From contig JBDOQK010000003.1 of NCBI GenBank assembly GCA_040437565.1, positions 620,001 to 684,000 of the forward strand: a DNA stretch of 64,000 bases, read 5' to 3'. This DNA is from Albugo candida (lineage: Eukaryota). The notes under the pieces are model-generated. The model saw nothing but the letters and a program-made list of their open reading frames with translations. It did no database searches and was not told the origin of the DNA. Position 1 is the first letter of the stretch, and each line of letters opens with the position of its first letter. Positions 10,242 to 22,644 of the stretch are shown piece after piece. The position numbers and the translations under genes are program-made.

Positions 10242-13070
10242 ATGCTCAAAAATCCGACCGCATTACCACCGCTTAGAGAAGCGATACAGGAACTCAACGG
10301 TGTTGATAGAAGCAACAGCAGAGATAAGCCTCAGCATAAAATGGAAGTAAAACGACCCGGCAAGCAGTCATTGAACCCTCAGGCTCCACGCACTTTATCT
10401 GTGGGTAATCAACCTCACAGAAAGATTCAGAGTCACAATACAGAGCACACAGCATCCTCATCAACCGAAATGATGCCGATTGAAGCATGGTGGAGATCGA
10501 CAGCTTCATTGATCCCCCAGGAGTTCCATATCGTTGAGACGAATTTCGTCATTCCTAATCATTTGTATCCTGAAGCTCAGCATCAAAGCACATATTGCGC
10601 GCAGAAAAAACAGTGGGAGACCATAATTTTTCCAGCTTTGCAGCCACGAACCCGCCAGCAAGTGATCCATCTACAAGAAGCGCTTCAAAAGATGATTCAG
10701 CAACACGAGGTGACCTCGGACGCTGTTCCCAGCCTCAGATGCGATCGGATAATGGCCGAGTATAAAATCTATCAGCTATGCTTTCACGAATTGATTCGGC
10801 AAATGCATTATCATTGTCGTGAACAAGGCGATCTTCTGTTCCATATATACATGCGATACGATGAGATGCTGAAGCATTTGATAGACTCTCTGGGTCAACA
10901 GGAGCTGACGATGCAAAAGCTCAAGAAAGAGCTTCAGCCTCAGCAACAGCTCGTACCGGACCAGATCACCTCATCAGAGGTCGAGGACGAAGTAAAGGAC
11001 TTGAAACCTACGATTCAGGTCGAAGAGACTCGCAGTTGTGAATGTCACGCGAAAACTGCTCAGGTCGACGAATTGCTTTGGCAAATAAAACGATTGGAGT
11101 TGGAAATACACAGACTTACTTTCACGAAATCTTTGCGGCGCGATCTGAGAGGTGAGAAAAACCTCGATCAAACAGAGATTATCTGTGAGCGTTTGCGAGT
11201 CTTATGGGAAAAAATGACGCATGCAGCTGCGCTCATCCAAAGACGTTTTCGAGCTTTTCGAGTCTACAAGTACGTGAAGCACCATCGAGCTGTCGCTCGT
11301 GCTGTAAAACAGCGCCAAAGTCAAGTTGCTGCGATCAAATGTATCCAAACCGGCGTTCGTAGCTTCTTGACCAAAACCAAGAAAAAAGACACTCGAGCGC
11401 GTCTCCCAGCAGACGATAATAAATGCACGCCAGCAGATCAAAGTACGTCATGTTTACATCTGATAGACAGTGTGACTGTCGCCTTGCCGGAATCAAAGCG
11501 ATGTCTTGGACAGGAGTCTTTGCAGGCGTCGACACGGGTAGAAGAGAGCATGGACAAGGACCTCACGTTAGCGCACGCACGAGAGCTCTGTGAGCGTTTG
11601 AATGATATGCTAGGATGTAACTATGTACAGATGGATACATCGCCAAATATGCAGAGGAAAGCGATTTTAGAAATAGAGGAAGTTCTTCCAAAAACGTATG
11701 TCGATGCCACAACTTCCACAAGCGATTTTGCTCCAATTGTGCCTTTTGAAATGGTTCAGAAGCCTCAAGACGAAATGCTGGATGATGAATCAGATCTCCT
11801 TTCACAGTTGCGTGAAATTCAGTCAGATTCCCTGTCTTTGAGCTCCGATGCAACTATCACGCCTTGGCAGCCTTCTTATTACAGTATCACGCAAACTCCG
11901 TGCTTGAACTCCACCAACATCGCAGAGACTCTGCTTGTAGCTCTCTCACGGAAGCAAAAAACCAAATTGATCACACTGAGGCACTTTATGACCACCATTT
12001 ACGACATTCTTCTCGACAAAATGGAGACAATGCTGCGCCCTCAGCAGACATACAATTGTCAATGGCGGCCAATTTCGGACGAGCTCATAGCTACCAAATC
12101 AGCTCTCTGCTTTTCTGTCACAGAATGGCGAGCTGGATGGGATGATCGTAGTCTGCTAGATAAACTTGATATTGTGCATGCCATTCAGCAGCATTTTCGA
12201 TTCCAATTTGGCCTCGAGAGTCTTACTAAGAGCGCTTGGACACAACTGATCGAGCTATTAAACGAGTTTTCATCGATGCACCCGGACGTGCAGCGTTTTC
12301 AGCAGTTGTTGACGAGACGAGCTGATTCAAGCGATGTGATTTTTTACCTTATTTGCCGCCAGCTCGCATGGAATCAACGTAAAGTGTCTCAGACAAATCG
12401 CTCGCTTTTGGTCCATCCAGAAAGTATTTGTGAGGTTGTGACCATGCAGCAGGCACAATCAATGGCGTGGCAATTATTCCGAGTCGACGATGAGGCACAG
12501 ATCACTGCAATGGATGAGGCTTTGGTCGATATCAATCATCATCTCTATCGTCGATATTTGCCAAAAAGCGGCTATCTTCAGTTTGATCAATTGACGCAAA
12601 ATCACATTTCGAAAGCTATTGTCACCAAGGAGATGCTGTCTGAGGGCGTGAAAACAAAGTCTTTGTACCAAAATCAGTCCAAGCACAAAAATGCCAAGTC
12701 ATTTTCCCTTCACCGGCCAAAAAGCCTCAATCTTCCGATGGTAGACGACATTGTGATGGCAGACGAATACGTTTATTTTGAAAAAGTTGTTGATCTACTA
12801 TGCAAATACAGAACTGAAGCGTATCACTTCCACTCGTGTCTGAGTCGCATTTTGGAGCTATTTGGCGATAATTGTGGGCTAACAAAAATTCAGTTTATCG
12901 ATCGAATGATGCCGTTCACCATTTCCACAACGGAGAGGGAATTTGCCAATATATATCATTGTATGATCCGTGCAAGCTCGCATGTCGAAGATGAGCTGAT
13001 GACGCGCTCCGTGTTCGTTTCCACGGTACTTGAGCTTGTACATAACAAAATGCTCAAAATCGTATGCTGA
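10242..13070 (+). CDS. Large hypothetical protein with an axonemal dynein light chain (p28-like) domain and IQ motifs
   Basis: IYQLCFHELIRQMHYHCREQGDLL resembles the p28/AXDND1 ELIRQV..C.ERG.LL motif; IQ motifs AAALIQRRFRAF and IKCIQTGVRSFL; long uninterrupted ORF. Confidence 0.7.
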   Translation: MLKNPTALPPLREAIQELNGVDRSNSRDKPQHKMEVKRPGKQSLNPQAPRTLSVGNQPHRKIQSHNTEHTASSSTEMMPIEAWWRSTASLIPQEFHIVETNFVIPNHLYPEAQHQSTYCAQKKQWETIIFPALQPRTRQQVIHLQEALQKMIQQHEVTSDAVPSLRCDRIMAEYKIYQLCFHELIRQMHYHCREQGDLLFHIYMRYDEMLKHLIDSLGQQELTMQKLKKELQPQQQLVPDQITSSEVEDEVKDLKPTIQVEETRSCECHAKTAQVDELLWQIKRLELEIHRLTFTKSLRRDLRGEKNLDQTEIICERLRVLWEKMTHAAALIQRRFRAFRVYKYVKHHRAVARAVKQRQSQVAAIKCIQTGVRSFLTKTKKKDTRARLPADDNKCTPADQSTSCLHLIDSVTVALPESKRCLGQESLQASTRVEESMDKDLTLAHARELCERLNDMLGCNYVQMDTSPNMQRKAILEIEEVLPKTYVDATTSTSDFAPIVPFEMVQKPQDEMLDDESDLLSQLREIQSDSLSLSSDATITPWQPSYYSITQTPCLNSTNIAETLLVALSRKQKTKLITLRHFMTTIYDILLDKMETMLRPQQTYNCQWRPISDELIATKSALCFSVTEWRAGWDDRSLLDKLDIVHAIQQHFRFQFGLESLTKSAWTQLIELLNEFSSMHPDVQRFQQLLTRRADSSDVIFYLICRQLAWNQRKVSQTNRSLLVHPESICEVVTMQQAQSMAWQLFRVDDEAQITAMDEALVDINHHLYRRYLPKSGYLQFDQLTQNHISKAIVTKEMLSEGVKTKSLYQNQSKHKNAKSFSLHRPKSLNLPMVDDIVMADEYVYFEKVVDLLCKYRTEAYHFHSCLSRILELFGDNCGLTKIQFIDRMMPFTISTTEREFANIYHCMIRASSHVEDELMTRSVFVSTVLELVHNKMLKIVC

Positions 13071-13326
13071 ATCCCATTTGATGTTCCTGTGATGACTCGT
13101 TCATTGCCACAAAAACTGAGCTAATGCGGCCATCGCGTTGAGCAGAAAGCAACTGAGCAGACTGGCTGGTAGCATCAGTAAAGCGCTTTGCAAAAACTGG
13201 TTTCGAAAAATGAATATAAGTCTTCTTACATAAGTTGCAATCGACTCTCTGATCAACTTACACCATGTTCTTGAAAGAGGAAAGAAAATCTGGATGCTAT
13301 AGATGGAAATGATCGTTAGGAGACGT

Positions 13327-14764
13327 TCAGAGTAGAGGTATTGCGGGTGTACTTGTGATGATAACATGCTGTCTACATAGCGGACACACTTCGCTTTTCT
13401 TCTCCAACCAAGGATTGATGCAGTCTTGATGGAAATAGTGAGAGCATGGAAGCACCTGCAAGCGAAAATGGTCACGAAAGAGGTTTGCGATGATATAGAA
13501 GGATACCTTGACAAGCTCATCAAATTCGAATCTTTCCAAACAAATGGCACAATGCTCGGAGTTTGCATCGTTTATACACTCTGCATCATCCAGAGGTGCA
13601 TCCAGATGCAAGTCGACTGAGCTTGCGACTGCTCTCGCATGATCGACGGGATTCTTTGACGTTATCTTATAGTGAGCTAGGTCGTTAATGCTGATCGAAA
13701 ACAACCACGCTTTTTCATCTCGAAATGATGGACTCTGTGCGGTCAAAAGCATTCGATCCAAAACAGTAAACTTTTTCGTCATATTTGTCGATGATTTCGC
13801 TTTCTCTGCGATCAAAAATGCACGCAACATTTTGTGATATCTCAAAACAGGAAGTATTCGCGCTGCTCTTTTTCGCAAACATTGACGTAAATAGTCCAGC
13901 AGGAAAGAACCCAACACACTGACGCAACTACAAAAATCATAAGAAATCCATTGTAAGTAATTCCAGTGCGCACCTTGACAATAACCATATTGTAGACACT
14001 GCGAAAGCATACGTCATCACGCGTTTTGTAGCCCAAGGCGAAGATGATACTTTGCTCACTGTGAAAGAGTATCATTCCTTGCATAATACTCGCTGTTTAC
14101 TTGACGTACTTTTTCCTCGATCATCCAGTGTCACACGAACGGTTTCCCACGGATACGCTCGTAACAAGGACAGTAATAGCTTTTCCCCATCTCTGTACGA
14201 TATGAATACTGCTGGAATGTGCACTTTGGACGCATTCTCATCCCGCTGCATGATGATATAGCTACTGCATAGCAACGATAAGTATGATAAAAACCTTTTG
14301 CAACGCGTACTCACTTAGACGCACGTATTTCTGTATCCATTATGATAGCCGCTGCGGCACCCGCTTCCTGAGCATGGATGACTTTCGTCACAAAATTGCA
14401 TTCTCCACGCTGAATGAGTGCGATTTTATTGTGCAAAAGTAGTGCCGAAATATTTCTTGTGTCATTTTTGTGCTTGTTCCCATTGGAGAGTGGCTGACAA
14501 GCAATGAGAGGATCGACTAAACTTAAAGTGAGTAAAAGAGAATCTGCTGCTGTTAAGTATCAGCGCACCTGCAACAAGCTCATAGTCGTCAAGCGGATTG
14601 CGGTGCAGGAGCTCATCATCTGTGAATTGTCCCGTTCTGTGAGGTTCGATAGTGAAATTATATCCCAAGCTCTGAAGTGAGAAGCTTACAAGTGTGTGAT
14701 ATTTTGGCAGCAAGGACTGCGTAACAGAAGTGGTCATTATGAAGCTCACAAATACCAGTGACAC
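13327..14764 (-). CDS. PA-domain, transmembrane, RING-H2 E3 ubiquitin ligase (RNF13/RMR-like); start uncertain
   Basis: PA domain KIALIQRGECNFVTKVIHAQEAGAAAAII and VHIPAVFIS; RING-H2 CAICLERF..LPCSHYFHQDCINPWL..CPLC; in-frame intron ~13457-13507. Confidence 0.85.
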
Positions 14765-14971
14765 GCAATGTGCTACACATTGACGAGTTATGTTACCTGT
14801 TCAAAACGAGTGCTGAAGACAAGCGTACGAGTCGAAAAAACAAGCACACAAAATGGACATTCGAATGCTTCATGGCGATTCGGACGTCTGTCAAATCGTG
14901 TGTACCACTTTATTCAAGAACGGCGCAGTTTGCCACCTTACAGATGCAAGATACAGGATGCAAAAGTATCT

Positions 14972-16673
14972 CTACTGTTGAGGTTCCTGCTTGGGGTTGA
15001 TCTTGATCATGTCGTCAATACGCAGAATTGCGATGGCCGCTTCCGTCGCGAATCGAAGACTCTTGATCTTACTGATTGCTGGTTCCACCACACCCGCTTC
15101 CAAATTGTTGCAAACTGTGCCTTCTAATAGCTCAAGGCCAGAGAATCGAAGCTCGTCGCTACCACCCGATTGACTTTTTGTGTGTTGAGCACATAATCGC
15201 GCTACCAATTCCGCTGCGTCTTGAGCTGCATTTACAGCCAGCGTTTTCGGAATGATCAAAAGTGCTTCAGCGAATTCTACAATTGCAAGTTGTTCTCGGG
15301 AGCTCAGAGTATTTGCGTAATTCTCCAGGTAGATGGAAAGAGCACACTCAACTGCACCACCACCTGCGACCAACTGATTGCTTTCGAGCATACGTTTTAC
15401 AACCATCAGAGCATCATGGAGAGTTCGATCCATTTCGTCGAGCATGTTCTCATTAGCACCACGAAGAACGAGGGTGGTCGCACGGCTGGTTTTGCATCCT
15501 TTGATATAGATAAGTTCACCGTCACCGACACGCTCTTCACTAACCACTTCTGCTTCTCCTAGATTTGCCGGATCGAATGTCTCTTCACCTTCCATATCGG
15601 CAAGTGTGAGAACAACCTGGCCACCTGTGGCTCTGGCGATTCGGACCAGATCTTCTTTCTTCACACGACGAACACCCATTGCTTTGGCTTCAACGAAATA
15701 CTTGAGACATAGATCGTCAATTCCTTTGGTAGTAAGGAGCACATTGGCGCCTGCATCCAAAATTTTTTGTATCTTTTCCTTGGTTATGTCAATTTCACGC
15801 TGACGAATTTGTTCAAGCTCTTTGGGATCCGTCACCACCACTTGAACCCCCATTTGATTGCGATATCGCTGCAAATCAAAGTCTAAAAGAGCAATCTTGG
15901 CATTCTTCACAACTGTAGGCATTCCTTGTGAGGCTCGAACACAATTGAGTGCAAAACCATCCACTAATTCGGACTCCAACGCGCTTTTTCCGTGTGCTTT
16001 GAGGACATTGATAGCACTCACTGGGTACCGCGCGGTCATTTTTCCTTTACTTCCTTCTCCCATCACTTTTACCGAAGTCACAGCATCAACCACCATATTT
16101 GCAAACAGCTCACTTTCTGGGCCTAAAATCTTCGAAGACATACTTGTCTTTGCAGCATTCACGAGAACGGACCTTCCCAGCGAGTCCACGGGAACACTAA
16201 GATTTTCTTTGACATATTTCACAGCCTCTCGCATTGCCAGGCGATATCCTGCAATAATGCTTGTAGGATGGATTTTATTTTTGACCAATTCATTTGCGCG
16301 CTAGCATAAAAAGAACCAGAATTATAACCAATGATCGCTACGAAGCAGATAAAGCAGATAAAGCAGATACCTTGAGCAGCTCTGCTGCGATGATAACAAC
16401 GGAAGTGGTCCCGTCCCCAACTTCCTGGTCCTGTAGTCCAGCAAGTTCGACTAGTACTTTTGCAGCAGGATGTTCCACTTCTAATTGTTTTAGAATTGTG
16501 GCACCATCATTCGTGATGGTGATGTCTCCAATGTCGTCCACAAGCATTTTGTCTAGACCAACGGGTCCAAGTGAGGACTTGACAATATTTGCAACCGCAA
16601 TGGCTGCTGTAACATTGTGTTCGCGAACATCTTTCCCGGAGGTTCGGGTGCCTTCCACAATTGAATCTTCCAT
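14972..16673 (-). CDS. CCT1: T-complex protein 1 subunit alpha (CCT-alpha)
   Basis: [59 protein letters not shown]; one intron ~16302-16369. Confidence 0.97.
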
Positions 16674-18000
16674 TATTTTTTATCAGCGATAAATCTTTTT
16701 TTGGTGGCGCTAATGGATGTTCTCTATAACTGTTAAGATTCAGACAAATCATCAGATCACTACGATAGCACAGCATAATGTTTTGAAGGTGTTGTACATA
16801 TAGAGGTNNNNNNNNNNNNNNNNNNNNNNNNNNNNNNNNNNNNNNNNNNNNNNNNNNNNNNNNNNNNNNNNNNNNNNNNNNNNNNNNNNNNNNNNNNNNN
16901 NNNNNNNTTTGAAGGTGTTGTACATATAGAGGTATCAACAAGCGCAGTGTAAATGAACACCGTACTTGCATGTTGCCTTAGGAACAGAATCGAAGATCCA
17001 AGAAATGAGGCATTCCTTCAATGTACAAGGAGATTTGCCTATGAAGATTCTTCATCGCGCACAATAGAAGCATGAATTTCTGCATTTTTTATGGGACGAT
17101 TGTTTTCACAGGCACGCATACACATCCATCGAATCTCCGTAGCATGTGCAATCAACACTTCATCACCTGATGAAATGTGTCCGGAAATCACAATGATTAC
17201 GACAAAGTCAATGAGGAAATAAACTGTATCGCAAATCATTTGCAATTGCACTAACGTATGAAGCCGCATTGTATTATATTGCCAATCGTATTGCCTTCAG
17301 TACATCAACGTGACACAATATCTCTATATATCGCTCGATACCATCATTCTCGGCGTCATATCGCGCATCATGTCACGGTATTTAGTGTCAACATTGGTAA
17401 AATCACGAATATAACTGTTTATCTCTACAATTACGTGACTAGCCAAGCCTATTTTTACTCTATGAAGAAGTCGGAATCGTGCTCTTCATTTTCAGAATTT
17501 TGTGCTGGAAATGATTGATTGAATTTCTTTTCTGTATCGCTCAATTCGCTTGTGCTTCCATCTTGGTCGACAAGCGCTGGCTCATTGGTTTCTTTATTTT
17601 GCCTGTGTTTCTTCTTTTTCTTCTTTTGGATCACTTTGAGTGGTTTCTTGATCAAGTTGCATGAACTCGTACTGTCGNNNNNNNNNNNNNNNNNNNNNNN
17701 NNNNNNNNNNNNNNNNNNNNNNNNNNNNNNNNNNNNNNNNNNNNNNNNNNNNNNNNNNNNNNNNNNNNNNNNNNNNNCAAATCATTTGCAATTGCACTAA
17801 CGTATGAAGCCGCATTGTATTATATTGCCAATCGTATTGCCTTCAGTACATCAACGTGACACAATATCTCTATATATCGCTCGATACCATCATTCTCGGC
17901 GTCATATCGCGCATCATGTCACGGTATTTAGTGTCAACATTGGTAAAATCACGAATATAACTGTTTATCTCTACAATTACGTGACTAGCCAAGCCTATTT

Positions 18001-19063
18001 TTACTCTATGAAGAAGTCGGAATCGTGCTCTTCATTTTCAGAATTTTGTGCTGGAAATGATTGATTGAATTTCTTTTCTGTATCGCTCAATTCGCTTGTG
18101 CTTCCATCTTGGTCGACAAGCGCTGGCTCATTGGTTTCTTTATTTTGCCTGTGTTTCTTCTTTTTCTTCTTTTGGATCACTTTGAGTGGTTTCTTGATCA
18201 AGTTGCATGAACTCGTACTGTCGGCCTTCGATTTCCTAGATTCTGTGCAAAATGATTCGAACTTTTCATGTGAATCTATATTTTCCTCATAGGTCTTGAC
18301 AACTTCAGCTTTCAGAGTCTCTCGACTGAATACAGTTTCATGTCAAGTCAAACATATAAGAGCATTGTTCTGACCATACCGTATCATTGCGGTATCATCC
18401 AACGTTTTGACCGTAGGAAATAATGGAATGTACCGCTCGCTTTTCGGGAAGTAGAAAACATACTTGACATTCCGAATTAGCGTCAATGTGACAGAGTTAA
18501 ACAAATGCCATATACCATCAAATCTCTTCGAGTAGCGGTTATGTCGGCATGCATCTTCTTCTTTTCTTTCTTTGATGTTGTCTGACAGTTACGTGATATT
18601 AATTGAGAGTGCTCGCGAGTATAGGTTGGGATGCTTGACCTCTTCCAGCTTCTTTTTTAGTTTTCCAAGCTTTCGCATGAGCTTGACACGTTCGAAGAAT
18701 CGTGGCTATGGTACAATCCTCAGTCACGTACATGATTGATGGAAATACATAATTCACCTTTTTGCTCCTTTCCACTATCTTTTTCTGCTCACTAATCACA
18801 TTTTTTTCTTCTAACTAATCGTTCATTAGATTACATTGTCACCAAGATAACTTCCTCACCTGCGCCAGCAATTCCTCAAGTTCTCGTTCTTTGTCAGCGC
18901 ATGTTGGATCTTTCTGACCCTGTCATGAGAAACTGTAATGTCATGACTTCCAGCAAAAAAAATGAACCTTTCGTTGCAAGTATCGTTCTAATGATCGAAT
19001 TCGGTTCTTCAGTGACGGAATTTTCTTCGCCTTGAGCTTATTTTTAGACTTTGCATACTTCAT
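18001..19063 (-). CDS. EFG1: rRNA-processing protein Efg1 (DUF2361), 7 short exons
   Basis: Manual splicing gives MKYAKSKNKLKAKKIPSLKNRIRSLERYLQRK|GQKDPTCADKERELEELLAQ|LEEKNVISEQKKIVERSKK|PRFFERVKLMRKL..|..RRDLM|YVFYFPKSERYIPLFP..|..HDSDFFIE*. LKNRIR, RFFER, YFP..E.YI.LF and the acidic DFF tail are Efg1 hallmarks. Confidence 0.85.
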
Positions 19064-19393
19064 GCGAAGTCGAGTACCTAGAAAAGAAATTGGAATCGGA
19101 TTTCATCTGCTTCAGCTCTAATTAGAAGTCAAAGGTGCCGCTACACGTACCTCCAGTTGGCGCCATCGATGCGCGAAATGGATCGAGCAATTGCGATGTA
19201 CACTCAGCCAATAGAGTGACAACAATACGTATAATAACCAATAATTATGCGCAATATTTACATAATAACCAATCAGCCAATAGCTTACAGGATTGGTCGA
19301 TGCATAATTTATGTGTGAAACGTCGCCAGAAAGTGTCACTCGAATTCGATTTTATCGCACTCGTTCCGCCAAAAGAAAACAATCCGTACGGAA

Positions 19394-20729
19394 ATGAGTG
19401 ATGCAATGAGACAAGATCATCGCAGATACCTGAAAGACCAAGATATTCAGGCATTATTCGTTCAAATTGTTGGATCGTTACTGATAACGAAACCCGACAA
19501 TCCCATCGGACACATTGCCGAGTACTTGGTGTCGACGTATCCAAACGAAACGAAATCTGTATCAAAATTCTTTTCCAAACCTCTTTCCAAAGAGCACAAT
19601 TCAAATTATGTCGACGCGTCCTCAGGATTCGACGCCAAAGAATATTGTGCGTCAGGTTCGATGTCTCTCTATTCCTGCACTTTAAGACATGATATCATTA
19701 ACGTATTATATGACAGAGGTCACTTCATCGGAAGAATCTTATAGCGACGAAGAAAACGATGGCGATGTTTTGAATGACATTTACACTCCAGAACCTCCAT
19801 TTCCGATCTCCAGAGCTCGAAGAACATCAGTTTCTGCTGAAACACTTGATCCTTTGAGTGTCCGGAATGACAAGAGAATCGTGCATGCAAAGTCTAACAA
19901 AGAACGTGAGCAGATCAGAAAAATCGTATCTGGAAATATTCTATTCCAATCTCTCGATGAGAATCAGCTGGGAATCGTGTTGGATGCGATGTTTCCCAAG
20001 ATTTTTGAGCCTGAAGATATCATAATCAAGCAAGGAGATGACGGAGATAACTTTTACATTTTGGAAAGCGGTGTCTGCGAAGTTTACAAAGACGGCGAGC
20101 TCGTGCAAACGGTAACAAGCGTGTGATCATGTCTTAGATTTAATATATATGCGTGTATATAGTGCACAGAAGCAATGTCATTTGGTGAATTAGCGCTAAT
20201 GTACAATGCTCCACGAGCTGCAACAGTACAAGCGCGAGAAAAATCAAAAGCCTGGGCGCTGGATAGACATACTTTCAAGTACATTATAATGGAAACGACT
20301 TTGAGAACAAGACAAGCACATCGTGGCTTTATTGAACGGGTTCCGATACTCGAGTCACTCAGTGACACCGAGCGGACGACCATTGTGGATGCTCTTCGCG
20401 TGGAGCATTTTCAAGATGGACAAGTTATAATACAGCAAGGCGATGATGGGAATCACTTTTACATCATAGAAGAAGGTGAAGCTATGTGCAGCAAACGCGT
20501 ATCCTCCGACGCACTTTCACAAGACATGGGAACACTCCAATCTGGTTCTTACTTTGGCGAAATTGCTCTTCTCACAGCACGACCTCGTCAGGCCACCGTC
20601 ACGGCCAAAGGACCCGTAAAATGTCTCGTTCTCGATCGTAAAACTTTCAAGCGCGTGATGGGTCCTCTTGAAGATATTCTAAAGCGGAACATTGACAAGT
20701 ACCATCTCTTTATGGCAAACAACATTTAG
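19394..20729 (+). CDS. PKAR: cAMP-dependent protein kinase regulatory subunit
   Basis: D/D-like N-terminus LLITKPDNPIGHIAEYL, inhibitor site RRTSV, two CNB domains with FGELALMYNAPRAATV and FGEIALLTARPRQATV; 2 introns. Confidence 0.95.
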
Positions 20730-20880
20730 AACTAGGTCGTCCTAATCTGACAATGTAGTACCCTATGTTAGTCTTTTAGACTCGTCTTTACGCTATTCTT
20801 CGCGACATTACAACGACGTGTCGATATAGAGACTATGTCAGGTATACGTTTCAATTACGGCTCAGAACATTGTAGCTGCT

Positions 20881-21975
20881 ATGCCAATTCCGACAACAAA
20901 ACGTAACAAACTCGAGAATGCGACTAAAATGGTTGAGAATTTGCCGGGAACTCCACCGCTCGTACACCGTAAGACTGTACAAGAGACTGATACGATGGAG
21001 GCAAAAGTGGCCGCTCTTATCGCGATTCAGCGCGTATCGCGCAGATATCTCATGTCGAAGCCGCATAAGAGCGAATCGCATCCAGCAGGGAGACCCGTTT
21101 TATTGGGCGTCGTCAACGCGGAAAACGTATTTTTTTGGTGCGATTTTACGGTTCTTACGCACGTTTACTGCGATATTCGAGTTCTCCGTAAGCCTTTTGG
21201 ACCGAATATGTTTGAGTATACCACAGAAAATTGTATCGATATACGAGCACCAAAATGGGAAAGAAAATGTTTCGTGCCCATGCTCTCGAGCAAATGCGAT
21301 ATAGTTGTAACGCTGATTGGTATCACTGCGGTGCGAAAGCGATTGTTTCTGGGTCAGTCGATTTTCAAGTTACATTCGGGCTGGGAATCACAGCCATCGT
21401 TGCAGGCTCCAATCGGGAAATGGGTATTTCCAACCAGAGAAAGTCTGATCGGATGTGATCGCCATGTTCGAGGATCTATCACTCTACAACTCCTGCCCGT
21501 GTTCACCAATTCGTTTGTGTTTGTATCGCCTTTTAGAATGGTAAGTGGAATACAAAGCCTGCATCTTAGTAACACTAACTCAGCTTGGTGGCGGAAATCA
21601 ATAAAAGTATCATCGCCCTTTGTGAGTTTCTCCTCAGAAAGCTTACCAATGGGTGTAGGTTGCTGGGGTGTTTTGACATTCACACACCTCAACATTTACG
21701 CACAAGGGTCTGCAGCAGCACTTGTGAGTTTTCAAGTCGATAAATTGCAGATGGTTTCCAGCTGCACGTCTTCTACAACATCACCGACATCGAGTGAAGA
21801 AAATGACATTTATCAGTCGACGCGTAGAAACTCGGCGGAAGCGTACCCGCTGAGAATATACGCGCATGGAGAGCTACATGTTTTGTACATGTCAAGCTAT
21901 GATCAGTTGTGTCAGTGGACTGAAAGAATAGCATTTATAGGACGGCAAGTATCGCAATGCAATTTGCCAGAGTGA
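20881..21975 (+). CDS. Hypothetical protein with IQ-like, C2-like and PH-like segments
   Basis: IAIQRVSRRYL; C2-like APKWERKCFVP..DIVVTLIG..FLGQSIFKL; PH-like WGVLTFTHLNIY..YDQLCQWTERI. Confidence 0.6.
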   Translation: MPIPTTKRNKLENATKMVENLPGTPPLVHRKTVQETDTMEAKVAALIAIQRVSRRYLMSKPHKSESHPAGRPVLLGVVNAENVFFWCDFTVLTHVYCDIRVLRKPFGPNMFEYTTENCIDIRAPKWERKCFVPMLSSKCDIVVTLIGITAVRKRLFLGQSIFKLHSGWESQPSLQAPIGKWVFPTRESLIGCDRHVRGSITLQLLPVFTNSFVFVSPFRMVSGIQSLHLSNTNSAWWRKSIKVSSPFVSFSSESLPMGVGCWGVLTFTHLNIYAQGSAAALVSFQVDKLQMVSSCTSSTTSPTSSEENDIYQSTRRNSAEAYPLRIYAHGELHVLYMSSYDQLCQWTERIAFIGRQVSQCNLPE

Positions 21976-22644
21976 GCATTTGCGAGTTGTGGCATATTCT
22001 CTGATAGAAAAGATCACTAAATTATAATTAAATTTTCTCCCCGTATTCTCTGATCAATTTTTCTTTCGCTGCGTTGGCCAAGCCTATAGAGCAAATATAA
22101 GGGTATATATTATTTCATCACGTCAAGCCAAAACAAAGCACGCTAACGGACGTCGATAAATGCCGATTTCACTAGTTTGTTCCCATTTCGCCAATTTGTT
22201 CCGATATGTTTGTATTACATATTTGTACGCAACTTGGCCTCCGATAACAGCTTCAAATTTGTCTCGACTACGAATATCCATTAGCCTTAAGGAAGGCAAT
22301 CCAGCTGATATCGCAATCACCGATGCAGCAGTAAGCTTGACACAGCCCCAGAGCCGTAATTCCTTTAAATTGGTGAGAGAAGCCACGATGCGGAAAATTG
22401 CATAATCAGTTATACGTGTGCATTGCGATAAATTCAGATTTTCCAAATGTACTAATGATTCACAAAGCTTCTCAACCGCTCGATCAGTGATTTTGTAGCA
22501 ATAACGTAGGTTTAAATCCCGTAAACATGGCAAATGATCGGCAANNNNNNNNNNNNNNNNNNNNNNNNNNNNNNNNNNNNNNNNNNNNNNNNNNNNNNNN
22601 NNNNNNNNNNNNNNNNNNNNNNNNNNNNNNNNNNNNNNNNNNNN

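Noticed and set aside
13101..13568. 155-aa minus-strand ORF and similar shadow ORFs (e.g. 26646-27284, 15858-16304, 38054-38524)
   Set aside because: Alternative-frame or antisense overlaps of well-supported genes, with no recognisable motifs
16344..16369. 9-bp repeat GCAGATAAA x3 in the CCT1 intron
   Set aside because: Simple intronic slippage repeat with no functional evidence
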